Assembly (NCBI RefSeq): GCF_000143415.4
Contig: NW_003314377.1
Coordinates: 310,001 to 374,000 of the forward strand
Length of the DNA stretch: 64,000 nucleotides
Direction of reading: 5' to 3'
Source: Selaginella moellendorffii
Lineage: Eukaryota > Plantae > Lycopodiophyta
In this document: piece after piece, positions 11,189 to 24,014 of the stretch
Layout of the letters: every line of letters begins with the position of its first letter
Position numbering within the stretch: the first letter of the stretch is position 1
Notes under the pieces: generated by a model
What the model saw: only the letters and a program-made list of their open reading frames with translations
What the model was told of the DNA's origin: nothing
Database searches by the model: none
Translations under genes and position numbers: made by a program

Positions 11189-14100
11189 TGTGAGGGCCAA
11201 GTGTACGGCTAAGATGCTGTATACTAATATTAGCATAGTGCGATTTTGGTAACCATCACATTGGTTTTCAATCTAGACCACTCGCTTCTGTATATAAATC
11301 AAGGTTTTTGGGCTAATTGATATGTACATTTTCTGTATTCCCTTTCCATATTACAAGCATTCATATTGGCATTTTTGATTGTCCCTAAAGAGTGCTTGGA
11401 TTTGGGATTTTGGTTTAGATTTAGCTTTTGTTTCATCTAGATTTAGCTTTTTCTATTTCCTTTTTTTTATTCTTTTCTTTCAAGATTTTGGTTTAGATCT
11501 AGTTTTTTGCATTGTCTAGATCTACCATTTCCTTCTAGTTTTTTGTCATTTCTCTTCTTTTGCTCTTTCTTTTTCGTTCATCTTCATGGCAGATCAGCAA
11601 TTTCTTCCTTTGACTTTAGAGCAGCAGTTGGTACAATTGCTTGATGCTATATGCTTACAATTGAACAACCAAACTTAGTTGATGGCGGCGTTCATGGCAC
11701 GTGGTACAACTCCTCCTGCTCTTGGTGCCAATCCTCACGTTTATTCGGAGTTCTTTCGCGGGAATCCTGGGGATGATGTGTACCATTGGTTCGATCACTT
11801 CACGGTGATTGCCATATATCATTCTTGGGATGATGCTCGATGTTTGCGTGAGTTTCCCACATGTCTTCAAGGGATGGCATTGCAGTGGTATAATGATTTG
11901 AGCGCAACCACTCGTATGGATTGAAGTGTTCTCCCGGACGTCTTCAAATGCGCCTTTGGACATGCCGACAACTGTGATGATGCCTTCCAACAATTGCATC
12001 GTCTTCGCCAAGGGCTATCTGAGTCGGTGATGCAATTTGGTGTTCGTTTTCGAAGTCTTTTGCTTCGTGTGGAGCCAAATATGTCAGAGCGGATCAAGCT
12101 AGGAATGTTGTAGCCAGCACTTCGTCAAGATTTTGTTAGACTTATGCATGCATTTGCTCCCGCCACTATTGACAATGCTCTTTGCTTGGCACAACGTTAT
12201 GAGACGTCGCCTTTTCCACTTCTTGTTGCACATCTTTTAACTCCACTTCCTATGGGTGATGGTCCTGTTCCAATGGAGGTTGATGCTACTGCTGCTCGAG
12301 TCCAAGGACATGGTCGTGGCCGTGGTCGTGGCCGTGATGTTCGCTGTTAAGCATGTGATAAAGTTAGTCATACTTATCAGTGTTGTTGGCACTTTTCGAA
12401 TTGGTGACCTTTATTCCCTGAGTGGAGACCTTGGTGTTAGTAACGTCTTGTTGGTGCTGTTGCATTGGAAGGTTTAGACACCAAGATGCATCCGGGAAAC
12501 GAAGAGTCATATGAGTAACGGAGGGACCTTGCACAAATAAGTCAGTGACCCCTTCATCTTTCTTTCGGGAGTATCATCAAGGGGTTCACTCAGCACCGGT
12601 TCATCTAGTGTTTACTTTTTGTAGCGCATGTGATCATGGGTTGAGATTTGGATATACTGTCACCGTGGATCCTTGGAACCTTGGGGGATAAACGGGTGGA
12701 TGATTAGTTGCCTCACATGGAATAGATGGTCTACACAATAGAAGGATTGATAGATTGAGTGCGGAAATGGAGGTGTTGATTCCCCTTGGCTCAATAGGGG
12801 TTGTCAGTCAATAGTCAATGAGGATATTAACATTTCTGAAGGGGGGGTGAGTGTAGTGCATATGATCATGGGTTGAGATTTGGATATACTATCACCGTGG
12901 ATCTTTGGAACCTTGGGGAATAAATGGGGATAAAATAGCCACTAAGGGCTCTCTCATCAAACAATTGCCCCTTTTTCAGTTGGCTTAAGGGGAGAGAGAT
13001 AAGGTGCGCTACACTTTTGAAGCTCGTTTTTATAACAAGAGCTCTCCTATTATTCTTTTTGTGTTGGTTGATACAGGTTCAAGTTTATCTTCTATTGCTT
13101 GATCTGTTGCCACATGTTGCCATCTACACTTGTGTCGTGCGGTAGAACCAGTTTTCATTTTTTATGGCAATAGCCATACACATGCATGTGAATGGGATGA
13201 GGTGGACCTGATTATGTGTGTGAGCGATTTCGAGCTTGAGTTGCAGTCATTGCGGGTGGTGCCGAGTTAAGCTTTTGACCTCATTTTTGGTATAGATTGG
13301 TTGTAGTGCAATCATGCCAAGTGTGACTTTGAGGCTTCTCCCCCTTGTCTCATACTTCCTTATATTTCATCCATTTCTTTCACTTCCATACCTTTTCGTC
13401 CCTTTACTTTTACCTCTATTTCCATTACTTTTGTTCCCCCACTATTTCCTCCTATCTTTCCATCTTGTTTTGTTCTTCCATTTTCTGATCCCTCCGACAA
13501 TCTTTGTGTTGCAGCGGTTGACCGGCTCATGACGGAGTATTCTGATCTCTTTGAATTTGACATATCATCTGGGGCCAAGATTGCCACACGTCATCCGATT
13601 CCAACCAGGGATGCTCGTCCAATCAAGGTTCCTGTTCATGTCGGTCACCTAAGGAGATCAAGATTTTATGTTCAAACATCAAAAAGATGTTGGAGAAGGG
13701 TGTTATTTAGAAGTTGCAAAGTCCTTAGGCATGTGAACTTCATCTTGTGATGAAGCCTGATGGGAGTATTCATTTTTGCATCGGCTATCGTCCGTTAAAC
13801 GAAGTGACGATCCCAGATATGTACCCTCTTCCTCACACTACTAATCTCTTGGATCATCTGGGGCGAAGTCGTTAGTTCACCAAGCTAAATCTTGCTTATG
13901 ATACTGGCAAGTACCAATGGCTGAAGAAGATATTCCTAAGACTAATTTTTGTACATTATTTGGTTTGTACGAGTTCTTGGTGATGCTGTTTGGTTTGAAC
14001 AATGCTCTAGCAACTTTCCAGTGGATGATGGACAAGGTTCTTTGCAATATGCCAGAGGTGACTGATCCACTCGGAGGGGACATGGGAGCAGCACGTTCGT

Positions 14101-16557
14101 GATATTTGTAAAGTGTTGGGTTGGCTACATGATGTTGGTTTAAAACTGAAGCAGTTGAAGTGCGTGTTTGGGTCCAAGGACACAATTTATCTTGGGTACC
14201 GTATTTCTCGTGAGGGTTTGCAAGTTGATCCTGACAAACTTGTGGCTGTTCTAAACTTCCCTACTCCGAAATGTGTGAATGATATGTAGTGCTTCTTGGG
14301 CAAGGTGCAATATCTCAGTCGTTTTGTGGATCATCTTTTTGATCGTACTGCACTGTTACAAGTGTTGCTAAAGTCATCAATGCCATCTTTCATCTGTTCT
14401 CTAGATTGTGAGTGGGCATTCGTGGATCTCAAATGGCTATTGACAACTCCTTTGGTTTTGGCATATCCTAATTACACTCGACCTTTTATTTTGCACATGG
14501 ATGTTTATGACATTGGTCTTAGAGGTGTGTTGATGCAAAAGAGATCAAGTGTGCTTAGTCAGTGCCATCCCATTGCGTATATAAACCGTACATTACAACC
14601 AACGGAGATGAATTACTCCATGACAGAGAAGGAGTGTTGAACAGTAGTCTGAGGTTTCGAGAAACTTCATACATATTTACATGGTTCTCAGATGTTATTT
14701 GAAGGTGACCATGCTACTATTACGTTATTATTGAAGTGGAAAAACTTAGTTGGTTGTATTGCTCGATGGGTTTTGAAGTTTTAGATATATGATTTTGATG
14801 TTGTTCATCGCCCAGGGAGTTCTATGGCTGATACTGATGCCCTTTATCAAGCTTCTTTTCTTTTTCCACTCTCTTCTCATATTTCTGATGAGCCTATTGT
14901 TTCAGCATCTGTGGATTTTTTTTACGAGGATTTTATGCTATCAGCAGTTGCTATACTTGATATTCAATGTCTATAAGGCGCACAACAAGATCTACCTTCT
15001 CTTGATGAGGTTCGCGAGGCTCAAAAGATTAAGCCGTGGATTCGAAGGCTTCAAGATGGGTTTGAGAATCTTGCATCACTTGTTGATGACCTGCCTTTCT
15101 AGCATTTACATTTTTAATATCACCTTGAAGACGGCCTTCTTTATTTTGTGGGGACGGATCCTGATGATCATTTATGGCTGGTGGTGCTTTCTGTCTTTGT
15201 TCTGTGGTTTCTCCATGCCTACCATGATTCTCTTGTTCTAGGTGGGCATATGGGATATCGTCATGTAACTGAGAAGCTATACAAGTCTTTCTATTAGTTG
15301 AAGAAGCAATGTGATTTTATTTGGTATGTGCATAATTATGTTTGGTGCCAAGCTTGTAATACTCCCTCTCGTGTTGCGGAAGGACGGTTGGAGTGAATTG
15401 TAGTTTCCCGTTTGTTTGAGTTGGTGGTGTTTGATCTTATGGGACCTTTTCCACAGTCGACTGCTGGTAATAAGTATGTTATTATTGCTTTTGACTACTT
15501 GATTTATTGGGTGGAAGTTGGTGCTTTTGCTAATATCTTTGCAACTGCTGTTGGATACTTCCTCCTCAATCGAGTGGTATTCCAACATTCTTATCTAGAA
15601 CGGATTCTTTCAGATAATAGTCCCATATTTATGGGTTAGGCATTTCATGTTTTGACGTCTCGATTGGGGATACACCACACTTTCACGAGTGCTTATCATC
15701 CATAATCAGATGGTCTAGTGGAACAGCTCGTTCGGACATTCAAAAGGATGATTGCAAAGTATGTGAACTTTTAACATTTAGATTATGATGCCTTCTTTTT
15801 GGTATGCATATGTCACAAGGGTGTAGAGTTTTGTTGGTGCTTCACCATATAAACTCTTTTATGGTCATGATCCAATATTATCAATGGAGTTGGGCTTACC
15901 TTCGCAATTGCCACAAGCTGCCGATGCTAGGTCATGGGATCAGTATTTGACAGACATTCTTCCACTTGTCTGAGCAGAATTTGTTGTACACTTAGGCTGC
16001 ATACAAGTGGGACAACAATGGCACTATAACTCCTATCATTATCCACATACGGAGTACAAAGTGGATGATTTAGTGTTGGTTTGTTTTCCCCATCTTACGG
16101 TATGTGGTTTATCTAAGAGGCTCCTTGCACAATGGAAAGGACTGTATTGGGTGTTGCGGCAAGTTGGACCACAAGTTTATAAGGTTTGACATGATGTCTA
16201 GCAGGCCGACCCTCCAAAGATTGTGCATATGCAACAGTTGAAACACTTTATACAAAAGGATTAGAAGCAATTAATACCATCTATAGATCTGCCGATGCCT
16301 CCTCTTGACGTTCCTCTAGATCTCGGGCCATCTACAAGAGAACCTTGATGCTTTTCCATTATTCCGAGAGGAGGGGATGATGTGAGGGCCAAGTGTATGG
16401 CTATGATGCTGTATACTAATATTAGCATAGTGGGATTTTAGTAGCCGTTGGATTGATTTTCAGTCTGGACCATTCGCTCCTGTATATAAGTTAGAGTTTT
16501 TGGGTTAATTGATATGCAAATTTTTTATATTCCCTTTCCGTATTTCAAACACTCACA
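11189..16557 (+). mobile_element. Full-length but degenerate short-LTR Ty3/gypsy element (A2), same family as A1
   Basis: LTRs 11189-11365 and 16381-16557. 4-bp TSD ACAT at 11185-11188 and 16558-16561. [18 protein letters not shown] at 16366-16380. Frameshifted gag (GPVPMEVD), protease (LVDTGS), RT ([11 protein letters not shown], YxDD deleted), RNaseH (LAYPNYTRPFILHMD) and integrase (DLMGPFP, ILSDN) in gypsy order. Confidence 0.93.
12620..12930 (+). repeat. ~75-bp direct repeat inside A2, possible remnant of a small nested TRIM-like element
   Basis: TGTAGYGCATRTGATCATGGGTTGAGATTTGG... starts at 12620 and at 12852. The second copy is preceded by the purine tract GAAGGGGGGGTGAG. Confidence 0.45.
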
Positions 16558-17726
16558 ACATTAAATTTAATAAATTTACATTTTTAATCAGACTCATTAA
16601 CTTAATACTTTATAATATTTTAAATAGTTAAACATTTTTACACTTAACTCTTAATATGAATTAGTGTGTGGGAGAGGGGAGATAAAATCAGTAATTGGCT
16701 CTTTAAAAAGTGCTTTTTGAGGTGTATACATGAACATTTTATATTTTTTCTCCCCATATTAAGTATTTAAAATGACATTTTTATTTATAAATGATGTAAT
16801 AAAATTAAAAATACCTAATTTATAGTAAATATAAATATAAATTTATTATTTAAAACAATTAATTTTATTTATTTTAATGTTTAAACTAGAAAATGATTGT
16901 AAAAGCTTTATAAACACCATGATTAATTAATGTGTTATAAGAGCATAAAGGAAAGTGTTACATAAAGTTACACTTCACTAGCCTTTACAGCAATTGCATT
17001 TATAGCTTTTTCTTAATTTAGAATTTATTGGGAATTATTGTGCAAAATTTAAATTAGTTATTTTAAAATATTAAATCATAAGCATTATTTTTGTATTTAC
17101 TAAATAGGGCTACTATTTTGAAAGAAAGGTTGCAACTTTACTCTATCAGCAGCAGAAGAGCTAGAGTTTTGTTGATGGCGTGGAGGAAAATGACTCATGA
17201 AACACCATACCATGTGCATTAGTGATTTTGATCTCCAAGCTGGGCTCGTTTTTGAGCCAGCAGGCCAGGCTTGGGAGCTCGTTGGAAGGCAGCATGTCAC
17301 TGGGAGGTCCTCCACAATGGCCCGGGGACAAACGGAAACAAAGCTAAAAGTGGTGAGTTCTATTTTTCTCTAACATGGCCACGCAGATCAGTGGCAAATT
17401 GCCACCAGCAAAGCCCCACAGATTCACACTTCGTCATGCTGGAGAAGAAGAAGAAGTTGGCTTGTTTCAACTCGTTTTCCACCTAGATTGTTTTGTTCGT
17501 GATTCTTTGCGGACCAGGCAGATTTGCAAACGGATTGAAGAATGACGAGCAAAATACTCAAAGCAACATTCAATCAATCAAATTTAAATGAACGATACAC
17601 ATTTTGTTTGTGCCATGCTAAGATTCTTTAAATAACTTACTTTGTTAACGATCAAAACAATTCATTATCATTATTCAGCTTAAAGTTGCAAGGGAGAAAA
17701 GAAGAGCAGAATGCTGAAAAAGGAGT

Positions 17727-19037
17727 TTACTTGGCCTGATGCCTTGCCTGGAAATCCTTCATGAGCGCCACCAGCTTCTCCACGCCCGCCCTGGGCATGG
17801 CGTTGTAGATGGACGCTCTCACGCCCCCAACCGAGCGATGCCCCTTGAGCTGCACCATCCCTTTGCCAGCAGCCTCCTTGACAAACGCGGCCTCCATCTC
17901 CGGCGACGCCATGGTGAAAGGAACGTTCATCACCGACCTCACCGACGCCTCCACCGGGCACTTGTAGAAACCGTCGCTGCCATCGATGGCCCGGTACAAG
18001 ATCTCGGCCTTGTCATTGTTCTTCCTGGCTATGGCTTCCAGCCCGCCCTGGTGGAGGAGGTCCTCGAAAACGAGCCCGCACATATAGATGGCGAAGCACG
18101 GCGGCGTGTTGTAGAGCGACTTGTTGTCGGCGTGCGTCTTGAAGTCGAGCATGACGGGAGTGGTCGGCTGCGCACCGCCCACCAAGTCCTTCCTCACAAT
18201 CGCGATCGTCACCCCGGACGGCCCGACGTTCTTCTGCGCGCCGGCGTAGATCACCCCGAACTTGGACACGTCCACCGGCTTGGAGCAGAAGTTGGAGGAC
18301 ATGTCCGCCACCAGGATCGTCCCCTCCCCGACCGCCGGATACCAGTCCTTGAATTCCACTCCGTGGATCGTCTCGTTGGCGCAGACATGGACGAACTTGG
18401 CACCTGGAGTGAGCTTGAGCTCCGACCCTGACGATGGAATGGAGGTGTACTTGGTGGCCTTGCCGCTCCACGCGAGATTCGCCTTGCAGTACTTCTGCGC
18501 TTCCTTGTAAGCTTTGTCGCCCCAGGAGCCCGTGACGATGAAGTCGGCAGTGTCCTCCGGCGAGCAAAGGTTGAGCGGGATAGCCGAGAAGAGCGTGGAA
18601 GCCCCGCCTTGCAAGAAGAGGACCTCGTAGTTGTCTGGAATTGCCAGCAGCGCTCGAAGATCTGCCTCGGCCTTTTGGATCACGGAAAGAAATTCTTTCC
18701 CCCGGTGGCTCATCTCCATGATGCTCATCCCACAGCCCTGCCAGTTGTAGAGATCCTGCTGCGCCTTCTTCACCACATTGGCGGGCAGCGTCGCCGGCCC
18801 GGCCGCGAAGTTGTAAACCCTGCCATCGTTCTCGATGCTCTCGATCCGCGACGACGGCGCAATCCCGGTGCCTACCGTCGCCGTGCACGAAATCTCGCGC
18901 TGCCGCCGATCGGGGCGCCCGATCCTGACGTGGGAGAATGGCGATACCTGTGAAGCCGGTGACGAGCAGCGCCCATCGCCGCCGAGGAATGTGGATCGGG
19001 CCACCAGCGCGCGCGCCATGCCCGCATTTGCCGCCAT
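17727..19037 (-). CDS. PSAT: Phosphoserine aminotransferase, plastid-targeted, intronless
   Basis: 436-aa ORF with [24 protein letters not shown] (PLP lysine), NTPP and [15 protein letters not shown]. Transit-peptide-like N terminus. Confidence 0.97.
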   Translation of the reverse strand: MAANAGMARALVARSTFLGGDGRCSSPASQVSPFSHVRIGRPDRRQREISCTATVGTGIAPSSRIESIENDGRVYNFAAGPATLPANVVKKAQQDLYNWQGCGMSIMEMSHRGKEFLSVIQKAEADLRALLAIPDNYEVLFLQGGASTLFSAIPLNLCSPEDTADFIVTGSWGDKAYKEAQKYCKANLAWSGKATKYTSIPSSGSELKLTPGAKFVHVCANETIHGVEFKDWYPAVGEGTILVADMSSNFCSKPVDVSKFGVIYAGAQKNVGPSGVTIAIVRKDLVGGAQPTTPVMLDFKTHADNKSLYNTPPCFAIYMCGLVFEDLLHQGGLEAIARKNNDKAEILYRAIDGSDGFYKCPVEASVRSVMNVPFTMASPEMEAAFVKEAAGKGMVQLKGHRSVGGVRASIYNAMPRAGVEKLVALMKDFQARHQAK

Positions 19038-19290
19038 CGATCGGTCGCCCTCTCAAGAACCCTAGCTCCCAGTGCTCGATTAAATAATAACAATGGGAAT
19101 GTCAAGTACGTCTTCCTTCCTTCCTTTCTCCTTCCTGGGTTGCTGAGATCACACCAACCAACCATGTTTGACAAGCATATTCGATAAAATATTTCACTAT
19201 GATCAAAGTATTTCTCACTGTGAGCGAAGCTTTCGTCATTCCTCCAATGCTCTTGATTTTATGATCAGGCTTTCGCTCGGCATCGCTCCA

Positions 19291-21728
19291 TCAGTAGTAG
19301 TTTCCAATCTTTCGGTGGTGCACGGCAGTTCTAGCGTCTGGCTTTGACACACTGCCCTCGGTGGCGTGAGCGTAGATGATCCAGTGATCGCTCACTTCCA
19401 TTCGAGTCACCACCGTGCACTCGAGATAAGCTAGAGCATCCACCAGGATGGGACACGAATTTTTTCCAACAGTCCATTCCACTCCCTCGAAGCGATCGGC
19501 TGTAGCGGCAAAAATCACAGAGAGATTCTTAGTAGCATTAGACGGTAGTGCTCTGGTGATGCTTACCCCCAGGAGGAAAACGTTTTAGAAAGTGTTTCAT
19601 TAGTTTTGTGGAGTTTCCTTCTTCCAAACAGTTGAGGACGAAGTTGTCACCAACCTGTGAGTAAAATCTAAGGGGACATCAAATAAAAGAGATGGACGAA
19701 CCTGCATGAGAGACTCGATAGCTCTGTCTTTGGCGACTGCTATGGTAATGCCTAGAGGTTTGAAGCTAGCCTGCTCGGATAATCACCCACTCAGTTGTAG
19801 AATCTCAAGGCAAAGTTTTGTTTTATTACCTGGGACACCCAAGATGCGATCATAGCTCCTTTTGTTGAGCCTTTAAAGGCAGTCACGACGTAGATCCCGC
19901 CTGACACTCGAGCTATTGCCTTGGCAACATTCACAGGCATCTGTGTCTTTTTGGCTTCAATGACTTTCTTTTGAGAAAGCAGTTGTCCCAAGTCCGTGCC
20001 TGCTTCTTCAAATTGTTGATACCTGCATATACGACGACGTTAGTCGAAACCAGCAGGATTAAAAAAAAAGTATCTTCTATACGTTGATTCTGTCGGTGTT
20101 TCCTTGACTCTTAAAGCAGGAAGAGGAGTTGGAATTCCTAGCTCCACAAAACGTTGCAAAATCGTATCAACGGGCTCATCGTCGCCTCCATAGCTTTCTG
20201 CTATCAAAACTGGCTGCAACACATGTTGGTCGATTTCAGTAAGACAAAACACAAGACGCAAGTTCCAAATCAAGTTCCAAACCTTCTTTGTTTTCAACGC
20301 TGCGTAGAGCGTGCTGATGGCTGCGTTTGCAGGTCCTGTGCTTGGAGGCGTCATTAAGAATACCGCACTATTTCGAGCAACGCTCTCTACAATCTCTTGC
20401 GAATCTGTCGAGTTCAAGTCAATCATCTGAGCTCCCGTATCCGTCTTCGTCAGGCCTCTAGCGAATGTCTGGCCAAATGAAGTTAAGCGTCGCACAACAT
20501 CCGATGAAAACGCTTACCTGAGAGAGTCGATCGCTGTAGCCATAATCCGAGACGTAAAGCACAGCGACACTAGCTAGCTGTTTTTCCAGTGCCTGCTTGC
20601 TCCAGTTTTCATATTTGCTCATCAGCTCTGGAACATTATACCTCAGTAAAGGCCCGTGTCCCGTTGCAATTACTGCGAAATCCAGGTCCTTCACCCGCTT
20701 GAGCCCGACTAACACAGACCGAGCATTCGGCTTCATGAGACAGTCGTAGTAAAACCGATAGTGTGGTTCGATTGTCACGAGATCCTCATCATAAGTCTGT
20801 AAATGCCATTTTAGAAAATTACGAGTGTCAAAGAGACCACAACGACTTACCGCTGTTGAACAGTAGTGCATTCCAAATGCATCGCACGTAAAAAGAACTT
20901 TGGAACCATGATCGAAGGTAAACATGGTGTCCGGCCAATGTAAATTAGGAGCCATCACAAACTCCAAGACATGACCTTTTCCCAGATCGAGCTTCTCCCC
21001 TCCCTGCGATCATACAGTTCCTGCAGTCAATAGAAAAAGCACAAAGAAATCACGGACAAAAACACACTCTTGTACAAAAAGAGATAGAAAAACAAAAGCA
21101 AAGCGAAGACGAAGTTTGATACAAACCTTTACGACCATGCTCTTGAACGGGGTGAGAACAAGGTTCTGCAAGAACTGTATGCAAACTTTGGACCCAACGA
21201 CGACAGCATCCGGCGCAAGCTTGAGAATTTCTGGAATAAGGCCACTGTGGTCGGGCTCCGTGTGATTCGCGATAACGTAATTGATGGTGGCCGGATCGAT
21301 CTGTTCCTTGAGTGCTGCAAGGTACTGGAACCGAAACTTCTCGTGTGACGCGTCGATGATCGCAAGCTGGTCTCCCTCGATGATGTAGGAATTATACGTT
21401 GTTCCATTTTGCAATCCAAACTCGCTGTTATTGCCAGCATTGGATCAAGAAATCACGATTGGATGGGAAAAATTCTCAACACTTACATATCGAAGCGATC
21501 TCGGTCCCAATCCAGCGATCGGAGCGTTGTCACAGCAGGCGCCACGGGAGATACCTGCGTTTGGAGCCGCTTCCCGCCCTGAATCTTTTCAATCCCCGAA
21601 ATCTTGCTCCTCTCGGCGGCGATCGTGAAGCTAGAGCCAGATTTCGCGGAAATAATCGATCTTCTTCGACCAGTGCGATGCGTCGAGGCGGAGAACAATG
21701 CGCCCTCGCCCAAGCTCAAGCCCGCCAT
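19291..21728 (-). CDS. FLVB: Flavodiiron protein (FLVB/Flv3-type: metallo-beta-lactamase + flavodoxin + flavin reductase), multi-exon
   Basis: Exons encode SLDWDRDRFDIEFGLQNGTTYNSY, NHTEPDHSG, APNLHWPD, TCDAFGMHY, ATGHGP, SDYGYSDRLSQ, ASWVSQ and AVHHRKIGNYY. The canonical diiron ligands suggest the Flv3/FLVB class. Confidence 0.92.
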
Positions 21729-21883
21729 TGCCACAAAAACTCAACCCCCGGATCGACCGTTGATTGTTTAAGCCCATATCAGCCGTGGATCCACCAAAGC
21801 AATATCTGGGCCGTCTGTTGGCAAGAGATAAAGCTTAAGGATTAGGGTAGCCGCCAAGGGTTTTTGGCGACTGAAGCGTAGCA

Positions 21884-22389
21884 ATGGGAGAGACTGCTTG
21901 CACATATGCCGCTCTAATCCTTCACGACGATGGGATCGCCATTACGGTAAGCGCTAGAGCTCTAGATTTTGGACGCGAAATTGATCGATCGTGGCGCTGG
22001 AACAGGCCGAGAAGATTGCGACGTTGGTGAAGGCCGCGAATGTGAAGGTGGACTCCTACTGGCCGAGCCTTTTCGCCAAGCTGCTTGAAAAGAGGAGCGT
22101 CGATGATCTCATCCTCAGCTGTGGATCCGGTATGCTAGAAAGTTCGTGAGATTTCTTGCTTTGACAATCCAATGGATTCGCAGGAGGTGGAGGGGCCGCA
22201 GTGGCCGTGAGCGCTGTTGCTGGGGATTCCGCGGCCGCGCCTGCCGCTGCCGAGGAGAAGGAAGAGAAGAAGGTATGAATTTGGGGGTTTTCCTCTGGTC
22301 TCTGGGCTGAAATTAGGTTTTTTGGCTTGAAACAGGAGGAAGCGAAAGAAGAGAGCGACGATGACATGGGCTTTAGCTTGTTCGATTAG
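21884..22389 (+). CDS. RPP1: 60S acidic ribosomal protein P1 (4 exons)
   Basis: Spliced translation [46 protein letters not shown]...[13 protein letters not shown]. Not shown intact in the ORF track because the exons are short. Confidence 0.95.
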
Positions 22390-22522
22390 TGTGATTCGGC
22401 GAAAAAAGAAAATTTTCGAAAGTTTTGAGCCAATGTAATTCAACCTTTTAATCTAGACTCTCTAATGAGCATATTCTTCGCTTTTTAATGTGAGAAAAAG
22501 GAATGCAAGAACGTAGCCTAGA

Positions 22523-23781
22523 ATGGAAGAGGGCGTATTTCGCATCCTAGACGGAAGCTCTATTCGCGAGGCGCTGCTAGGGTCGCAGCTCCCGGATCGC
22601 GTGCGCCGCCGATTCCAGCGGCTTGTCAAGGCGGCGGATGGATCGCCGTCGTCTTCGTCTGTGGATGCGCGGATTGCTGCCGAGGAGGAAGCGGCGGCAC
22701 TGCTTCTTGGATCGGAGCTGTGCGGGCGGCAGCTTGTGGTGACTGCTGCGGCGTCGCGGCTGCCCGATCCAAATACGCCGCTAGATGCCGCGGCTTTTGA
22801 GGCGAGTCTTCGCAGCTATCTCGAGGCCGTGGCGGATGCTCTCCAAGGTGAGGGGTTGATAGATTGCTTCGCCTTTTTTCCTCGATCGAGATTATTTCGT
22901 GTTCTTGATCCAGTTTCTTTGTCTAATCGATCTGTCCATTGCGCAGAAAAGCCGATCGTTGTGTCGGTTCTGGACGGATCGGCATTCAAGGGACTCTTGG
23001 AAGACGAGGACGAATTCGCGATGGTTGCAGAGAACGTTTTCGACGAACTGGATGCTGATAACAGTGGCAAGCTCAACCGTAGCGAGCTTCGATCTGCCGT
23101 GCTCCAGCTGGTTGCGGCAGTGGGATGTCCCAATCCATCTGGTAAGTTTCATCTTTCCACTTACATTGTAATAGCTTGATGGTTCTTCCTTTTTGTCATT
23201 CTCATTTTCAGCCAAGCCGGATGTTGAAGATCTCCTCACCAAGCTGCTAAGCAAATACGCTAGCCAAGATAGCAAAGAGCTCGGGCAAACCCAGTTCGCC
23301 AAGCTGCTCCAAGACGTTCTCCAGGATCTCTCCGAGACTCTGGCCTCGCAGCCCATTGTGGTTGTCCGGGACGTGAAAGTTTTGGATGGATCCAATCTCC
23401 GCAAGGTACTTCCTTCCAGCAAAATTCTCAAGGAAAAAAACGCTGACTCCAATCGATCAGGTGTTGCACGACGAGGAGCTCTTCTCGGACATGGCCAAGG
23501 ACACGTTCAAGGAGCTTGACTCGGACAAAGATGGCAAGCTGAGCAAGTCGGAGATCCGCCCGGTTTTCGAGAGCCGCGCCGCCCAGTGGGGCCTCCCGCC
23601 GCTGGACGAAGACTCGGCGGATGAGCTCTACGCGCAAATTTTCAAGGAGATCGATGCCGATAGCAGCGGGGATGTGGACGAGCGCGAATTCCAGTCGCTG
23701 ATGAGAGCGCTGATCGAGAGCTTCGCGGCGCAGCTCAAGATGAATCCCATTCTTGTAGATGTCGAGACCGCGGTTCAGTGA
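22523..23781 (+). CDS. Calcium-binding EF-hand family protein (4 exons)
   Basis: EF loops DADNSGKLNRSE, DSDKDGKLSKSE and DADSSGDVDERE. Repeated (I/V)LDGS motifs. GT-AG introns. Confidence 0.88.
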
Positions 23782-24014
23782 AAAAAAACTCCATTCCAGA
23801 TTTTAGGGTTCTTGGGTTCTTTTGAAATTTAGGGCAGCGGGAGATCTGGCGATGGCGACACACGCGTTGCTTGTGGATCTTGCGCCAATCTTTGCGTTGC
23901 CTCATGCAAAGAATCGCCATTCCGACACTCCGGGCTCGCCTCGTATAAATCTCCACTGTAAGTCTCTTGAATTGGGGGAGTTTTTCCATTCTTCTAGCTG
24001 GACGATCTTGTGAC

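Noticed and set aside
17739-19056. Long alternative-frame and antisense ORFs over PSAT (also over BAHD, COL, AN and PIG-T)
   Set aside because: Shadow ORFs caused by high GC3 codon usage, with no recognisable domains.
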